NCBI RefSeq assembly: GCF_009834535.1
Contig: NC_045696.1
Span: 52,578,001-52,642,000, forward strand
Origin: Camelus ferus
Lineage: Eukaryota
Reading direction: 5' to 3'
DNA length: 64,000 bases
Under the pieces are notes generated by a model. That model saw nothing but the letters and a program-made list of their open reading frames with translations, made no database searches and was not told the DNA's origin. Each line of letters opens with the position of its first letter. Positions within the stretch are counted from its first letter, which is position 1. Made by a program: the position numbers and the translations under genes. Shown here piece after piece: positions 13,120 through 26,579 of the stretch.

Positions 13120-13510
13120 TGGTTGCGAACACTGACTGGTTATTTACCAAATTCCTGTCCTGTTCTTTCTGACTGAGCATTCAGCTTGATTACATGACCC
13201 AGGCTCCCCCAGCTCCAGTTAGGTGGGGTTGTGTGCTGAGTTGTGGCCAACGGAATGTGGGCAGGAGTGATTGATGCCTTTTGCCAGGCCTGGCTCCTCG
13301 TCCGCTAGTCTCTTTCCTCACTCAAAGCCTGAGTGGAGAGGAATCTGAGCCTCCAGAAGAGGGAGATGCCCCCAGATAGGGTCTGGGTGTGTATATGATT
13401 GACTCAGGAGGTGGCTTACCAGAGAGAACACTCTCTCCTGCTAGCCATTTGGATTTCATATGTCATTTGATGGAGCCACTGAGGTTTGGGAGTTTATCCT
13501 TTGCAGGAGA
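13120..13510 (+). mobile_element. MaLR LTR (MLT1J-like)
   Basis: 'cagttaggtggggttgtgtgctgagttgtggccaacggaatgtgggcaggagtgat...ccaggcctggc...agccactgaggtttgggagttt'. Confidence 0.7.
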
Positions 13511-14969
13511 GAAAGCTGCAGCTTCCAAGCCTTTCACAAAAATGACTCAAATAGTCTCACATACTATGTCCTCCCATGTTCCCTGTCACTCTCAGGAGCA
13601 CTTTCTTAACATCTTTCCTCCCATTTTGGGCATGCAAGCAAATGCTCATGCAGAATGCCAAAATCTTACTTGTGGCTAAAATAGTAATGACGTTTAAATA
13701 GCCGAGGAATCAACAGAGTGATTTTTTTTTTTTTTTTTTGAAGAAAAGGTATACAGAATCAAGGGGACATGATGAGCAAAGCTTTTAGTCATCCTGGCAT
13801 TCTTTGTTTTCATCGACACACACATGTAATTTCAACTAAAGTGCGAGGTCCCCATGGTTCCTGAAAGCTCTGGGGTGCGACTGGAATAATGCGGCAATTT
13901 AAACAGCTGTGGGCTCTCAATTTAAAGCTGAGATGTTAAAGTGAGGTTATTAAACAAATAAATAAATAATGATTCTCTGTATATCTGGGGTGTATCTGTA
14001 GGAGATTGGAAGTTGGATGGGGGCTGGGAGACACCTAAAACAGGGATGCTGGTGAGCAAAGTATTTCTTCAAGGTCCTGTTGCATATTTGAGTCTTAATC
14101 TAGATCCACAGCCCTCTTATTTACCTGAGTGATGAATCAGGACAGAGTACTCCAGGAGAGGGCAAGAGTAACCTCTAAAGACTGAGGGCACCCCTGCGTA
14201 TATTTTGCCCATCACTTGCTCTTAGTCTGACTTTTCAGTTGCCTCTACCTAAGGATAAAAAGGAAGTTCTTTCTTCCACATAGATGATCCCCAGGTTTAT
14301 TGCATTTCCTTACTTTTCTACTTCCCCTGTGGCACTCAGGCCTTGGAGTAAATACAAAAATCAAAGTTGATTGAAGAGCAGAACTCTTCATGATTACTAA
14401 GTGAAGGAAACAGGGGTATCCGCCCGAGCAGTTGAAGGAACTGGAACGCTGAGCTTCAGGAAGACACCAACTAGACTTTCCCTGCAGGATGTCTGAGACA
14501 AAGCGACAGGGAATCTGTCTACTCATCTTTGCCAGGGAACTGCTACGGATAGAAGAACCAACTGTTGGTGCCTTTCCCCTGTCTGATTTTCAAGGAGACT
14601 CCTCTGAGTGTCCTGAATGACCCAGTCCACCAGGGACCATGATCACGGTCAGCAACTGCTAAGCTGTGCCTTTGACCTTGTACCTCTTCCTTCCCTTGAT
14701 GTCTTTTTTTGAGTCTGCTTTTGGATTAGAAACCTTCCTTCCCCATACACATGTCATTTGATTATTGCTTTCTAGTAGGTTTCCTGCCAGTTACGTTTCT
14801 ATCTCAGAGAGACCCTAGACAGTAGTACTACCCCAAGATGGAGGAAAGATCCCAGAGTGACAGTTTGAAAAAAAATTCCCAAGAAAACTATTCATTATAA
14901 ATTAAATTATGATTTACAGGTATATTCGCTTCCCGGTAAGAACTCCTTCCTTTTGATGTTGAACTCAGC

Positions 14970-15258
14970 TGGGTGATGTACTTGGTCTATCCTACCACCT
15001 TCCAGAAGGGAGGCATTGTGAGATTCTGCCAGTTCTTTTGCTTCTGCCTCCTACCATGAAGTGGCCCATCCCACTTAGAGATTTCTTCTTTAGCTTGGGT
15101 CCAAGAATAAAGAGACACATGGAGCAGAGCCGAATAGATTCAAGCAGAGACACAGCATCTGCAGCCAAGCTGCAGCCACCAATTATACTGTGCTCTGTTG
15201 CTGAAAGCCACTAAGATTTTGCGGTCAGTTGTGAATGCAGCAAAGCTGACTAATATAC
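14970..15258 (+). mobile_element. MaLR LTR (MLT1I-like) 3' part
   Basis: 'agcttgggtccaagaataaagagacacatggagcagagc...aagccactaagattttg...gcagcaaagctgactaata'. Confidence 0.7.
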
Positions 15259-15992
15259 CATCTGATCAGGAACACTGGGAATGGATTTTGTGAATGAGAG
15301 ATAAAAGTTATTGAATTAACCCCTATAGTCTTTGAGTTTTCTGTAAGTAATTACCCTAATATTACAATCCCCTCCCCACTTTCAAAAGCCTAGGACATTC
15401 ATTAGCCCCTGAAACAAAAGTGCTATGATGATGTAAAGAAAAAACCTAGATCCTCAAACTGGGTAGGACTAAAAGGAACCAGCTTAAGACTTCTGAAAAA
15501 GCTGGGATAGTGGCAAACATCCAGCAACCCTGTTTACTGTAAGTCAATGTGTTACAAGTAGAGTGTGGCAGCTTTAGTATATGCCTTTGTAATAGCTACA
15601 TAGACAAAGTTGGCTTTTCATCTTTATCCTGTTTTACTCCCACATTTGTTAGGTACTGTTTCTTAGCAGCATGGTTTTTGAAGGGACAAGATACTTTCAA
15701 GCTGGCTCTGCAACCTGAAGATGCTCTTTCTGATGACCTCTATGTTTCCTGAGAAGCTCCTTAGATTCTTTATTTCTCACTCAAATCCTCTGAGTTATTC
15801 TCTCTCCATAATTGAAGCAGATGTCAACTTTTCTAACTGCTTTTTTCTAGCTCTGCTCTTAATTACACCTAGGATACATTATCCTGGCTGTGTTGGCTTT
15901 ATTTTTTGGTATCTGCTTTTATCAATTTACCCCTCCTTTTTATCTCCTTCCACTTTATATATCCAAGTGTACACTACCCTGTACCATTGTAA

Positions 15993-16496
15993 TATTGGGA
16001 GACAGTTCTCCATGAGTCCTTTGTGTTTCTGCACAACTTGTGAGTAGAAGCACTGACAACTTTTTGTTCTAAACTGTCTTTCAACTGTTTGTATATAGCA
16101 GCCTTGGAAGATAGAGGTAGCGTCTTGCTCCAGAAGAGAGGGCAATCTTTTTTGCTATTCAGTATAATAAAGATAATGTCTTCCTCCAGGGTAAAGATTG
16201 GGTGGGTTTGCTTGCAGCCCACTATAAGACACTGGGGCTTCCTAAGCTCAGGGTTCCTCAGTGTAACAAAAATAACTGTGTCCACTCCACAGCAGTTATC
16301 CATGCCTACCTGTGTCACCTATGGGGGCCTTAGAAGACGCAGAGAACTGGCACAAACATGAGTCTCATGCTACCTTCTGAGTAATAAAGTCCTTTGTCTC
16401 TGACCCAGAAATCTGCCAACATTCATAAAACTATGGTGGGCTAATTTGTTAGTTTGTAAGTTGGACAAATTTTTGGATCCCTCCCAGTTCTTGACA
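15993..16496 (+). mobile_element. ERVL solo LTR (LTR40-like)
   Basis: Begins 'tattgggagacagttctccatgagtc...tttctgcacaacttgtgagtagaagcactgac', contains 'agccttggaagatagag' and polyA region 'gtaataaagtcctttgtctctgaccc', ends 'ttcttgaca'. Confidence 0.75.
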
Positions 16497-18624
16497 TATA
16501 CTGCCTCCTATGTAATTATAATTTAAATTATGGCATATAACATCATAAATTAATATCTGTAAGTATCCACGTTTATATGTGTCATATGTGATGCCTCTTC
16601 CTTTAAAAAAATAAGGTTGTAAAACCACAGAACACCCACAACACACACAACCATGATTGTCATTGTATCCCCAAATGTTTAGCTCAGTTCCTTGGTCAAA
16701 TAAAAGTTTTGTTCAATGATTAAATGAATTGGAAACAAGGAAAAGAACTGTACATTATTTACCATCAAACCATCAACCCATTTATACCTCTAGTTACTCC
16801 TGTGCTTCTTGATAGAATGGAGGAAAGTCATCACTGGCTTCAGGTCTCCAAAACAGCAACCCAGTCTAGCCGATATCTCCCAGAGGTGGATGCACTGGTT
16901 TTCACTAAGAATGTATGGAGGCATCTCATTCCCACCTGCCCAGGGTAGTGTTAGGGTTTTGTCCTCAGAGAATGTTTTTGACTTTTTGCCCTAAACATAC
17001 TATCATGTACAGTGCCATAAATTTTGGCTCTTTAGTACCTCACTCAGTATTTTTTTTGAGCACCTTTTCTTCATAAGAAAATACTAGGCCCTTGGGATTT
17101 AAACATGTAAATGGGCAAATATAATTCAAAAGATAGCAATAGTGAATAATAATACAATTAAAAACTCTAGAAGCACAGAGAGGGGCAACCAAGCCTAAGG
17201 ATTGGAGTAGAGGGTATGTACAACACCAATATTTATATCCCAACCCAATTTGAGGGCCCCATCCACCTTTATTTTATTTCTTGCTTCTTAGACCCTGATT
17301 TTACCACATTGGTACAATCATCCATTCATTTTTACCCTGTCCTGACACCTTACTTCAGCTTTTCCTACCAGCCTTTTACTCCTATAAAAGCCCTTGGTTT
17401 GGTTTTCATCCCTTTATAGAATTTTATTCCACCTATCTTATTTTCACTTTCAGCTCTGGTTTTCGTGGTGCTGACCACACAGGGTCACCCATTTTGGTTC
17501 TAGTGCAGTCTGGGCAAGGTATCTGTATTCCTAAAAGCCCCCGACATGTGTTCTAATGTGCTAGCATTGTTGAGAATCCCTGCTCTAGGCTCTTCTACAA
17601 TGCCACCAGTTCTGAATGGAAATGGATTATGCATACCTGTCAGCTCATGCTAGCCAGAACCTGGTTTTTGCCTGGTTAGTTTCTCTCCCATAGCCTAGAC
17701 TCCCTTTCTTCCCATTTTTTGACTTTACAGAGAATAGCAAAGCCCTTGCTAGGACTGTGTGTTTTCTGATTAAAGGTTAACAGTGTACTTCCAGAGATAG
17801 AACTAGAATCCAGGTGTTTTTTGTTGCTATCAGTGAGACTTGCACCAAGTCTCACAAGGTATAGATAATCAAAAGCAGGATTTAGTGCTAGCCTCTCTCC
17901 ATCCTAGACCTAGTGGAAAAGAAAAGGGATTGGGGAGAAGAAAGGAGAAAAGATTATAGCTTTCCACCTCTCCTGGTAGTATACCATATACAGAGAGAAG
18001 AGACAAGGTTGAGAGTTGCCATGCAGCCTGAAGCTTCCCTCAGAAACAAAGACCTTCCTTGCCCAGCCATGGGAGAAGCACCTTTCTCAGCAAGTCTCAG
18101 CAGAGACTAGGGTGGCTTCATGGACTAGGGGTGGACTCCTGCTCCAGAGAGATAGCCATAAAGATGCACCCACTTTATTTACACAGCAAGCAGCACGTTC
18201 CTACAGAGAGTGACTAGGCATCCAACGTCTAAGATGCTCAGACATGAGAAACCTCCCCCCCAATTTCTTAAAAATATGTAACTATAAATCAGCCACACTC
18301 TTACATTTCAAACATTTTTACATGTAAAGTCAAACAGCTGAAGTACACTCATGTTGCAGAAGTCAGATTTATATTTAAATCTTTTAGTCTTCCAGCTAAT
18401 TTAGGAGATAATCCAAAAACTAGAGGAAGTATTATTACACTGTGGTATTTGGAGGAGTATCCAGGCACACTTAAAAGCATTGGCTTAAAGATACTTTCCA
18501 ATTTAAATTGCTAGTGGAGTCCTGAGTGGATTGAATGTGTCCAGGGATCCCTATCTTTATAGCATTGTAGTCTGAGACCTGGGGGCTGCTGTTTAATCAG
18601 TTGATCAACCAACTATCTATTTGA

Positions 18625-20290
18625 TCAATTAATTCACAAAACACTAATTGAGTGCCTATTATGTGCTAAAGACTGTGCTAAGTGGTAAAGATACAGAGAT
18701 AAATAATAAGAAAAAAACACCATCTTCGCTTTCAATATAAACAGGCAGTTATAATTTCAACATTGTGACAAGTGTTATAATCATCAGAGAAGAAGTATAT
18801 GTGTGTGTAAAGAAGTCAAGATATATATAAAAGCACTAATACTCCTCTCTACTAGGGGTAAAGATACATTAGAGTCAGAGGAAAAGATGTGGTATCTCAG
18901 CTCAGTTTTCAAAGATTTCATATGAATTTATCAGTTGCAAAATGCTGAGGAGAGCAGAAATTTTACAGACTTAAGAAGGATGAAGCTATGTGGTATAAGT
19001 GATACCAGTAGTTCAAAATGTTTATGCAGGGAGGGGAGCACTGGTAGGAAAGAGACAAAAGAGTCAGGGGCCAAATCAATGGTGCCTTTGTCACCATGCT
19101 AAAAAGTTAGGATATTATTCTATATATGACAGGGAAGTTTTAAAACCAGGAGACTGGTTTGATTAAGTTGTGTATGTGTGTGTCTGTGATATGTGTGTGT
19201 TTGTATGCCAGTATGTGTGTTTCAAAAACCTTTCAAACACTGAAATAGTAGCAGTCACGTGAGGAGCTCTGATATGACTGCAGATAGGGAGACAAGTTAA
19301 GAGGTAATAGATGATACAGTCATGACCCATATCAACAGTAGGGGTTGGAGATGTGAGGAGATATTTCTGAGAATTGACCTGGTAAGATGACTATGTGATT
19401 GTGGAGATGAGGAAGGGAAGGGGGAGTCATGCCTTGGGTACTAGGGTAAAGAAGTTTTTCACCAAAACAGGGAACCTGGGGGGTTGGTGATAATGATTTC
19501 ATTTTGAATGGGGTGAGTTTGAAATGCCTATGGCATGTGTAGAGAAAGAGGTCTGATAGATAGCTCTGTATACAAAGAGTGATGTAGGCTGAAGATTTAA
19601 ATCTGGGGCTTGTAGTTAGAGATGGAATAGTAGATCAGATCTTCTATGGAACATGTTAAAACATTAAATACAAATTTCTAGACTGGTGTTTCTCAAGTTT
19701 TAGTGTGTGTGCAAGTCACCTGGAGATCTTATTAAAATACAAAATTTGATTCAGTAACTTTGGAGTGGGCCTGATATCATTTCTAACAAGCTGCTAGGTG
19801 ATGCTGATTCTGCAGGTATGAGGCCACACTTTGAGTAGCAAGTCTCTAGAAAACACTAGTGTTTAAAGAAAGGCAGATGACAAGAATCCACAAAAAAAGG
19901 ACTGATGCAGGAATAGAATGAGGGAAAAAAGGAATATTGTCTTAGTATCCAATGGAAGACAAAATTTCATGAAGAAAAAAATTAAACAAAGTCAAAAGCT
20001 ACTGTCAAGTACAGTTAAGAATAGACTGGTAAATGTCAACTGAAATGGGCAATTTGAAGGTCATTTTGAATTTGAACAGGACAGTTTTTGTATTGGACAG
20101 AGGCCAGTAGTAGTGGAGAGCTATGTGAATGGTAAATGGGGAAATAGAGATAGCAAGGAACTAGCTTTTCTAAAAAACAAAACTAAAAGTTAACTATCAT
20201 GGGAAAGAGACTGATTGATAAATCAGACTAAGTGATAAATTAAAAGTGACAAAAGGTTGAAAAAGTATCATCAGTTTTAAGATAGAAAAG
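18625..20290 (-). mobile_element. L2 LINE (3' end plus ORF2 remnant), interrupted by a MER5 element
   Basis: Reverse L2 tail 'attgagtgcctattatgtgctaaagactgtgctaag' followed by purine-rich reverse ORF2 ('gagtttgaaatgcctatggcat', 'gaaggtcattttgaatttgaac'). Confidence 0.75.
19683..19850. mobile_element. MER5A/MER5A1 transposon nested in L2
   Basis: 'gtgtttctcaagtttt...tcacctggagatcttattaaaat...catttctaacaagctgctaggtgatgctgat...ccacactttgagtagcaag'. Confidence 0.85.
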
Positions 20291-20299
20291 ACATGCAGT

Positions 20300-20770
20300 T
20301 GTGGTAAGCCAAGTAATGTCCCCTGTAAAGATACTCATATCCTAATCCTCCAGACCTGTGAATATATTATTGTAGATGACAAAAGAAACTTTGCAGATGT
20401 AATTAAATGAAGGATCTTGAGATGGAAAGATTATCCTGGATTATCCAGGTGGCCCAATGTGATCACATGGGTTAAAAGAAGAAGGCAGTAAAGTCAAAGC
20501 CAGAAGAGTTGTGACAATAGAAGATGGAGTGGTGCTAATACTGGTTATGAAAAAGAAATAGCCAAGGAATGTGGGCAGCCTCTAAAAGCTGGGAAAAGCA
20601 AGGAACAGCTTCTCCATTTAGAGCCTCCAGGAGGAATAGAGCACTGTCCATACCTTGGTTTTAGTCCAGCAAGACTTCTGAGGTCCAGAACTGTAAAATA
20701 ATATATTTATGTTGTTTCAAGTCAACAAATTTGTGGTAATTTGTTACCGTAGTGCTAGGGTACTAATACA
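20300..20770 (+). mobile_element. MaLR solo LTR MLT1D
   Basis: TG...CA termini ('tgtggtaagc'...'actaataca'). Contains 'gattatcctggattatccaggtggcccaatgtgatcaca' and 'agccaaggaatgtgggcagcctct'. Confidence 0.9.
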
Positions 20771-20866
20771 AGGATCCTTAATATACTAAGGAGAAGAACC
20801 AAAGCAGAACTGGGATGTGTTACCGCAAACAAGAGAAGGAAAAATAGAGATCCAGCAAGATATAGC

Positions 20867-21520
20867 TGTTACCTAACCTGGACTTGAGTCCACTCAGGTC
20901 TGCACAGCAAAGCCAAACTACTGACACCACGTTGCGATGAAGGAAAGTACAGCATTTATTACAGGGTGACAAGCAAGAAGAACAGGCGGCTCATGCTTAA
21001 AAGATCCAAATTCCTCAATTGCTTTCAGAGAAGGATTTTTAAAGGCAAAATTAGGGATGTAGATTGCAAGGTGCTTGATCAGCTCGTGGACTGATTGGTT
21101 GACATAGCAGGACAATGTTTCAGGAGTCAACATCATCAACCTTCTGGTTCCAATCAGTCTGGGGTCTCTGTGCTTATGGTCAGCAGTTTCTATCTGATGA
21201 GAGTATGGTTTGTATAAAAATAACTTAAGAATGTGCATTAGACATCATTATCTATGTCCTCCAGGGAGGAACTAAATGTCCTGTGACTCTGCTATACGGG
21301 TGATCTATTGTTTAAACTGTTACCAGTTTCCCCAGCCCAACTGCTATTCTTTGTTACTACATGTTCACGTTTTTTAAATCATTTACTCTTGAGCCAGCCT
21401 TTTGAGACTGGAGTGCGATGAGTGCTGAAGGAAAACTTTTACTTCAAAAGAAGGGGGACATGGTGAGTTGTGGGGGGCTCATATACCCAAGAAGGTCCCA
21501 AAAGTTCCTGCTGGGTTTCA
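20867..21520 (-). mobile_element. Complete ERV1-class solo LTR (654 bp)
   Basis: TG...CA termini ('tgttacc'...'gggtttca') flanked by 4-bp TSD 'tagc' (20863-20866, 21521-21524). PolyA signal on the minus strand ('catttatt' on plus, ~20953). Confidence 0.88.
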
Positions 21521-21869
21521 TAGCTACTCTGGAGGTCCAGCTTTCTCCAAGACTTTACATCATGTGTGAGGCTATGGACAAAATAACTGTCTACCACCCT
21601 CTCATTATCCCAAGAGCTTCTCCAAAAGTGTGCATCATCAGCCAGCCACCCTTGCCATTGTCATGAAGAGGTAATGTCATTGCAGCTGTCTCCAACTCAG
21701 TCACTTCTAGACCTTCACAGACTCAACCCAGTGTTCTTAGATGTCCGGTCTAGTCTCTTTATGAACAGTTGTCATGATCATTACTTCTTTCTTTCCAATG
21801 AAGAAATGAGAGAGATTCCCTTAGATTCTTTATGAAAGAAAATATAAGGCCAAGAAGTTTATAGACTGT

Positions 21870-22070
21870 AACTGGAAAAGAATCTGGGCTTTAATGATCA
21901 TAGCCTGGGTTCAAATTTCTGTTCTTACTATCTTATCAACTTGGAAGAGTAACATCTCTCTGAGCTTGTTCCCTTGTCTGTAAAGTAGGGGTCATAATGC
22001 CAGCTTCCTGAGGATAAAGTGAGTGAATATATGTAGAATGTCCAGGCACACTGGAGGCTGCAGTGAGGTT
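21870..22070 (+). mobile_element. MIR SINE
   Basis: 'gcctgggttcaaatttctgttcttact...catctctctgagcttgttcccttgtctgtaaagtagggg'. Confidence 0.7.
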
Positions 22071-22429
22071 GGCTCTCGCTCATTTAAAGCACTTTCAGGA
22101 AAGTGTTTTGTTTGAGAAGGGTGTGTCAGCTGCTTCACTGTAACTACACACAGAGACTGACTCCCCTAAATAATCTCCAAATTTGGCTAAGCCCTACTGG
22201 GTACATAAGAAATTGACCAGTGGGAGGACCCTGGGATTTCTTGGACTGTTTTCTCCTTTGAGGGTTTCTAGGCTGAAACTAAAACTAAGAGAGTCTCAGC
22301 TCTTGGCTCCTTCTATTTCTACGTTATCACCCTCTGCATGAATGCAATTTATTCCTCACCAAGTTCAACCAAGTTCACTTTAGTATAGGGAGGGTGTCCT
22401 TGCAGCTCCCCCATACCCTGCCAAGCCTC

Positions 22430-23130
22430 TACCCCGATTCCCGAATTCCTTCCTTCTTTCCGTACTGGGGCAGCAGGAGACAGGTATGCGCCTCCTGGTT
22501 TCCATGGAGACCCTACTTGATGTCAGTGGCGGCTCCAGAGCAGGAGGGAAACCTGACCGTTTCTATTTGACTGAGGAAAAGTGGGGGAAGGGGATGTAAA
22601 AAGGAGGAAACCGGAGTAGGGAGGATGGTGGAGGTGAGCCTGTGGGTGTTCAAGGACTCAAACGGGAGAAGAAAAATCCCGTTACTGAGTCACCTCACGC
22701 AGGGGCAGCAGGAGGCAGAGAGGTGTTTATTTCACGCGTGAGAAATACCTTCTAAAGACTTATGTCTGATTTCAAGTTGTAAGGGACAGAATTACCCAGG
22801 CGACTGGCAACCCGCTGTCTTGGTCTGGGCTCCGGGCTGATAGCGCTGCTCGGTTTCATTTCCATGAAGCAAGGGAGAGTTTTCATTCCGTTCAGAGTCT
22901 CAAATTGTCTTAAAGGCTCACTGCTGGTGTAGGAGGGGCCACACAGCTTTCACTCTCCACCCTTCCCCCTACAATGTCACTAAATAAAATCTCTGGGCTG
23001 TGGATTACCTGCTATTTATTGGCTGAATCCCTAATGAAAGGATGGGGGAGGAGGAGGAGTTGGAGGTTGGGCAGGATATATGCTAAGATTGAATTGCACC
23101 AACGGCTCAGATGATGTCATCTCGAATAAA
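22430..23130 (+). promoter_or_regulatory. Promoter/enhancer-like region with RFX, CRE-like and AP-1 motifs
   Basis: Local CpG and GC enrichment. X-box GTTTCCATGGAGAC 22498-22511; TGATGTCA 22518-22525 and within AGATGATGTCATCT 23109-23122; TGAGTCA 22686-22692; palindrome TCACGCGTGA 22732-22741; donor GAG|gtgagc at 22634. Confidence 0.5.
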
Positions 23131-24670
23131 GGTCTGACCTACTGAATGTTAAATGTGGCTGGGTGATGAATCCTCAGAGAGGATCGATGGCAGAAACCTC
23201 TATGAAAGGACCATGCCACTTCTTTGAAATATTAAGCAGGTAGCTGTGCTGATCTCTGACTGCAACTCCCAGAGTGCTGGTGGAATTTCAGCTTTCTGCT
23301 ATAATCACTTAAACATTACTTACTGCCCTAGATAACTGTGGGTCACGTGGAGTTTGCACCAAAAAAGGAAGTGTTTGAAAGAAAAACTATTATAAGCCAT
23401 CAGAGTGCCTGCCAGTCTCACAAAGAGAAAGCAATTCAGTTTAATAGACACTTTCAGAGGTCTACTGTGAGTCCAGTGTGTGCGAAATGAATGAGACGGT
23501 CTTTGCCTTCAGGGGGCGTACACTCTGATTGGGATGGCAGATTTCACTTACAAATGACCAATAGTGCCAGGCAGCAGGTAGTCAATACCATGGGAAGTCC
23601 AGGGAAGGTGAAATTAATTATAATACAGTAAAGAAAAGAACAGTTTATATTAGATACCTCTGAAGTCTAGCCTTTTATAATAGACACAAAAGAGAAAGAT
23701 ACAGGGAAAAGTTCTGTAGGGATAGAATAGAAAAAGGAGTTTTACAAATTGCCTGATGTAGATGCCAAGTCTGCAAAATTGTCAAGTGACATAGTGAGCT
23801 AATTTTCCACATTTTTTTCCTCTCTGATGACTTATTATTTCTGTTGCTGGGATTTATAAGGGACTTTGTGTTGGTCCTAGCTTGGCCTCTGTTCTGTTTT
23901 CACCACTGACTAAACCACAATATTTTGATATTAGAGGTTCAAAGGTTCTAATTTTAAAATAGACCCAAAGGCTAGAATTGTGAGAAAGAGTGCTTTAGAA
24001 TGTGTATGAGTTCAGGCTGAGGGAGAACTGTATGAGTATGAAGGGCATTAAGAAACTTGTCTAGTTGAGATAGGACTGAAATAAAGGAGAAATTTGTGCC
24101 AGTTGGAGCTCCTTCTCAGAGTCATGGTATGTAGGAATGAAGAGATAATAGTAACATCACAAATGTTGGAGAAATTTTTGAAATACCTGTCACTCATGGT
24201 CTGAGTTTAGTGCATATTGCTCAGTCATGAGCCTTCTAATTTTCTTTCTGAAATTAGGAAAAATTCAGAAATACGTTAAAGGTCTAGGAAGCCAAAGGCT
24301 GTAATTTGGGGCTGTAAGCCTTTGACGGACGATACTAGGAGGTAACGGGATTAGAGGAGGGTAGTTATTTCTTAGAAAGAAGTAAAGAAGAAAGCCATAT
24401 ATGCTCAAACTGGTCATAATTTCATTGAGATATTGGTTACTGAAGGTTTATTTTCTAGGTCCTACTCTCAGTTGATTAAGGAACATACGTATAATAAAAA
24501 CATCTCCCCAGAGTTTTGGCAATGTAGCAGGACATTAGCAATTTTTAGATGAATAAAATGTGAAAGCACAGAATGCCAAGAATCTACTTATTTTCATTCT
24601 TTTTATTTTATCGTTCTCAGTCATAGGGTTTACCACAGAATCTTTGGATTCCTAGTTTACTTCCTTTCAG

Positions 24671-24750
24671 GCCGCTCTGCCAAGCTTCTGGATAACTGAT
24701 AAAACCCTCTGTCTTCTTAACTTCAAATAAACACTGGCAGACACATGGGC
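24671..24750 (+). other. Candidate short terminal exon
   Basis: Acceptor 'tttacttcctttcag' (AG 24669-24670) and AATAAA at 24726-24731. Confidence 0.3.
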
Positions 24751-25084
24751 ACCTCATTTGTCCAAACACAGTCAAATGCACTCATACAGTACATTTTAGT
24801 GGTGGTAGTCGGTTTGACATAACAGTTCCTAGAAATGAGTTTGGTAATTTAAGGAGTGCCCACCTGACACCACTAAAAGCTGGAAACAGAGGTAGTGAAG
24901 ACAAAATAAAAATCATAAAGAAAAAAAATGAGTCATAAATAATACAAAGATGGAGAGGGAGAAAGGTGGAGAAGTGAGATTAAGAGAAAAAACTGAACAA
25001 TGGGATGTCTGAAGCACTTAATGAATAGGTTAGGATATGAACAATGAATGAATAAATTTTCCAGTTTACTCTCATCTTGATTTA

Positions 25085-25245
25085 AAGATAGAAATTTCAG
25101 AACTAGAAAGGATGTTGTGATCTTCCAGTCTACTTTTCCATTTCACAGATGAGAAAGTAGGAGTCAGGAGATGAGTGACTTTATCAGAGTGGATTAGACA
25201 TGAAGCCAACATTAGCACCCAGGTTTCCTGCCTCCTGGTCCTGTG
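25085..25245 (-). mobile_element. MIR/MIR3 SINE
   Basis: 'cattttcacagatgagaaagtaggagtcaggagatgagtgacttt...cccaggtttcctgcctcc'. Confidence 0.7.
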
Positions 25246-26411
25246 TGAGTTCTGCTGCATGATTTCCCACACTTGTAAAGGCTAACTAAATCCCAAGTTC
25301 CTTTGAAATTTAAATACTTTCCCACTTTTTCTTTAACCTCTAACAGAAGTGTTTACATTTATTACATTGCTTTATAAAGCTTACAAAGTACTTGATCTTA
25401 TTTAACCTCTATACCAATTCTGAGAGAAGTAAATATCAGCTATAAAATGACCCACATGGGACTTTTATCCTAATTTCAATTTGCCATATGTTTTGTTCCC
25501 CAATAAAAACTTAATTCTCATGTGTGGAGTACTGGGGTAAGTTAAAAATAGACCATACCCTTTCTACTTTTCCCCACCATATTACCATGTAGGAACTCAT
25601 TGTCCTTTTAGAAAATGAAACATATAGAAGTAGGAGGACAGACAGGTGACAATAAAGGCAAGCAAGAAAGAAGTGATGATGTGGTTGGCAAACAATATTT
25701 GCAAGTTGGTGCTATGGATGGTAGTGATTAAATCTGCTGATGATTCTAGATATTTATGATCGGGGAAGTATTACCTTAGCTGCTTCTGTAACAGGGACCC
25801 TTGGTATTTCAAGAAAGTTCTCTTTGAAGCTGATGAATTCAGTTCCCAGAAAAAGACCTAGGACGGACGTTGGGGAAGAGGAGCACCTCCTCCCCACCAG
25901 GAACTGCACTCTCCAAGGCCCAGCCATCCAAGGCAGGATGGTTTCAATCACTCCTACTATCCAGTCACCGCTGACACTACTTGGCAGCCAGCCTGCCTCT
26001 AATGGAATGTGTCCTGCAGCTGGGAATTAGGTCATCAGTAATTCACTTAATAGCATTTTATGAGCTAGGCTCTGACACAAGAGAGTGATCTGGCCTTATC
26101 AGCAGGAGCTTTCCTTGATGTGAGAGGAAGGAGGGAGGAAAATATACCATCCTGAATAATCAGACACTACATGCATTTCCAGAAAGTGATGGGTGTTTCT
26201 TCAGACTCTCTGTGTGATCAGGCTAGCTATATGAGCGTGGGCAAGTCAGTTCTCATTTCTGAACCTCTGTGGTGTCGTCCAACTCTAACAATGTACTTCT
26301 GACTCTAGGGTACTCTTTATGGAAGTTAGAAAATGTAGGAGTTGTCAGATTACCCCCGCCCTTCCCTGACAGTGCTCCCTGGAAAGGAAGATGGATGATC
26401 CTACTTTTCTA

Positions 26412-26579
26412 CCACTAGTCTGCTTGGAAAAGAAAAGCCCTGATTTGTAGTTTGCTAATTTCCATGGTGTGTTCCCGATGTGGCTGATTTCAAGCCATCA
26501 ATGATTTAACAAGTGGCCAGCAAAATTTCTGACAGTCAGCTCTTATAAACTGGGATGAGGCACTCCAGCACACCACTGG
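26412..26579. mobile_element. MER63-like hAT-Blackjack transposon
   Basis: 'gccctgatttgtagtttgctaatttccatggtgt...gctgatttcaagc...ctccagcacaccactgg' terminus. Confidence 0.75.

Noticed and set aside
14468..14619. 43-codon ATG ORF MSETKRQGICLL... after a CAG acceptor
   Set aside because: No recognisable homology, promoter or polyA context.
23163..23259. C/D box snoRNA (GTGATGA...CTGA)
   Set aside because: No convincing terminal stem or recognisable rRNA/snRNA antisense element. Such short boxes occur by chance.
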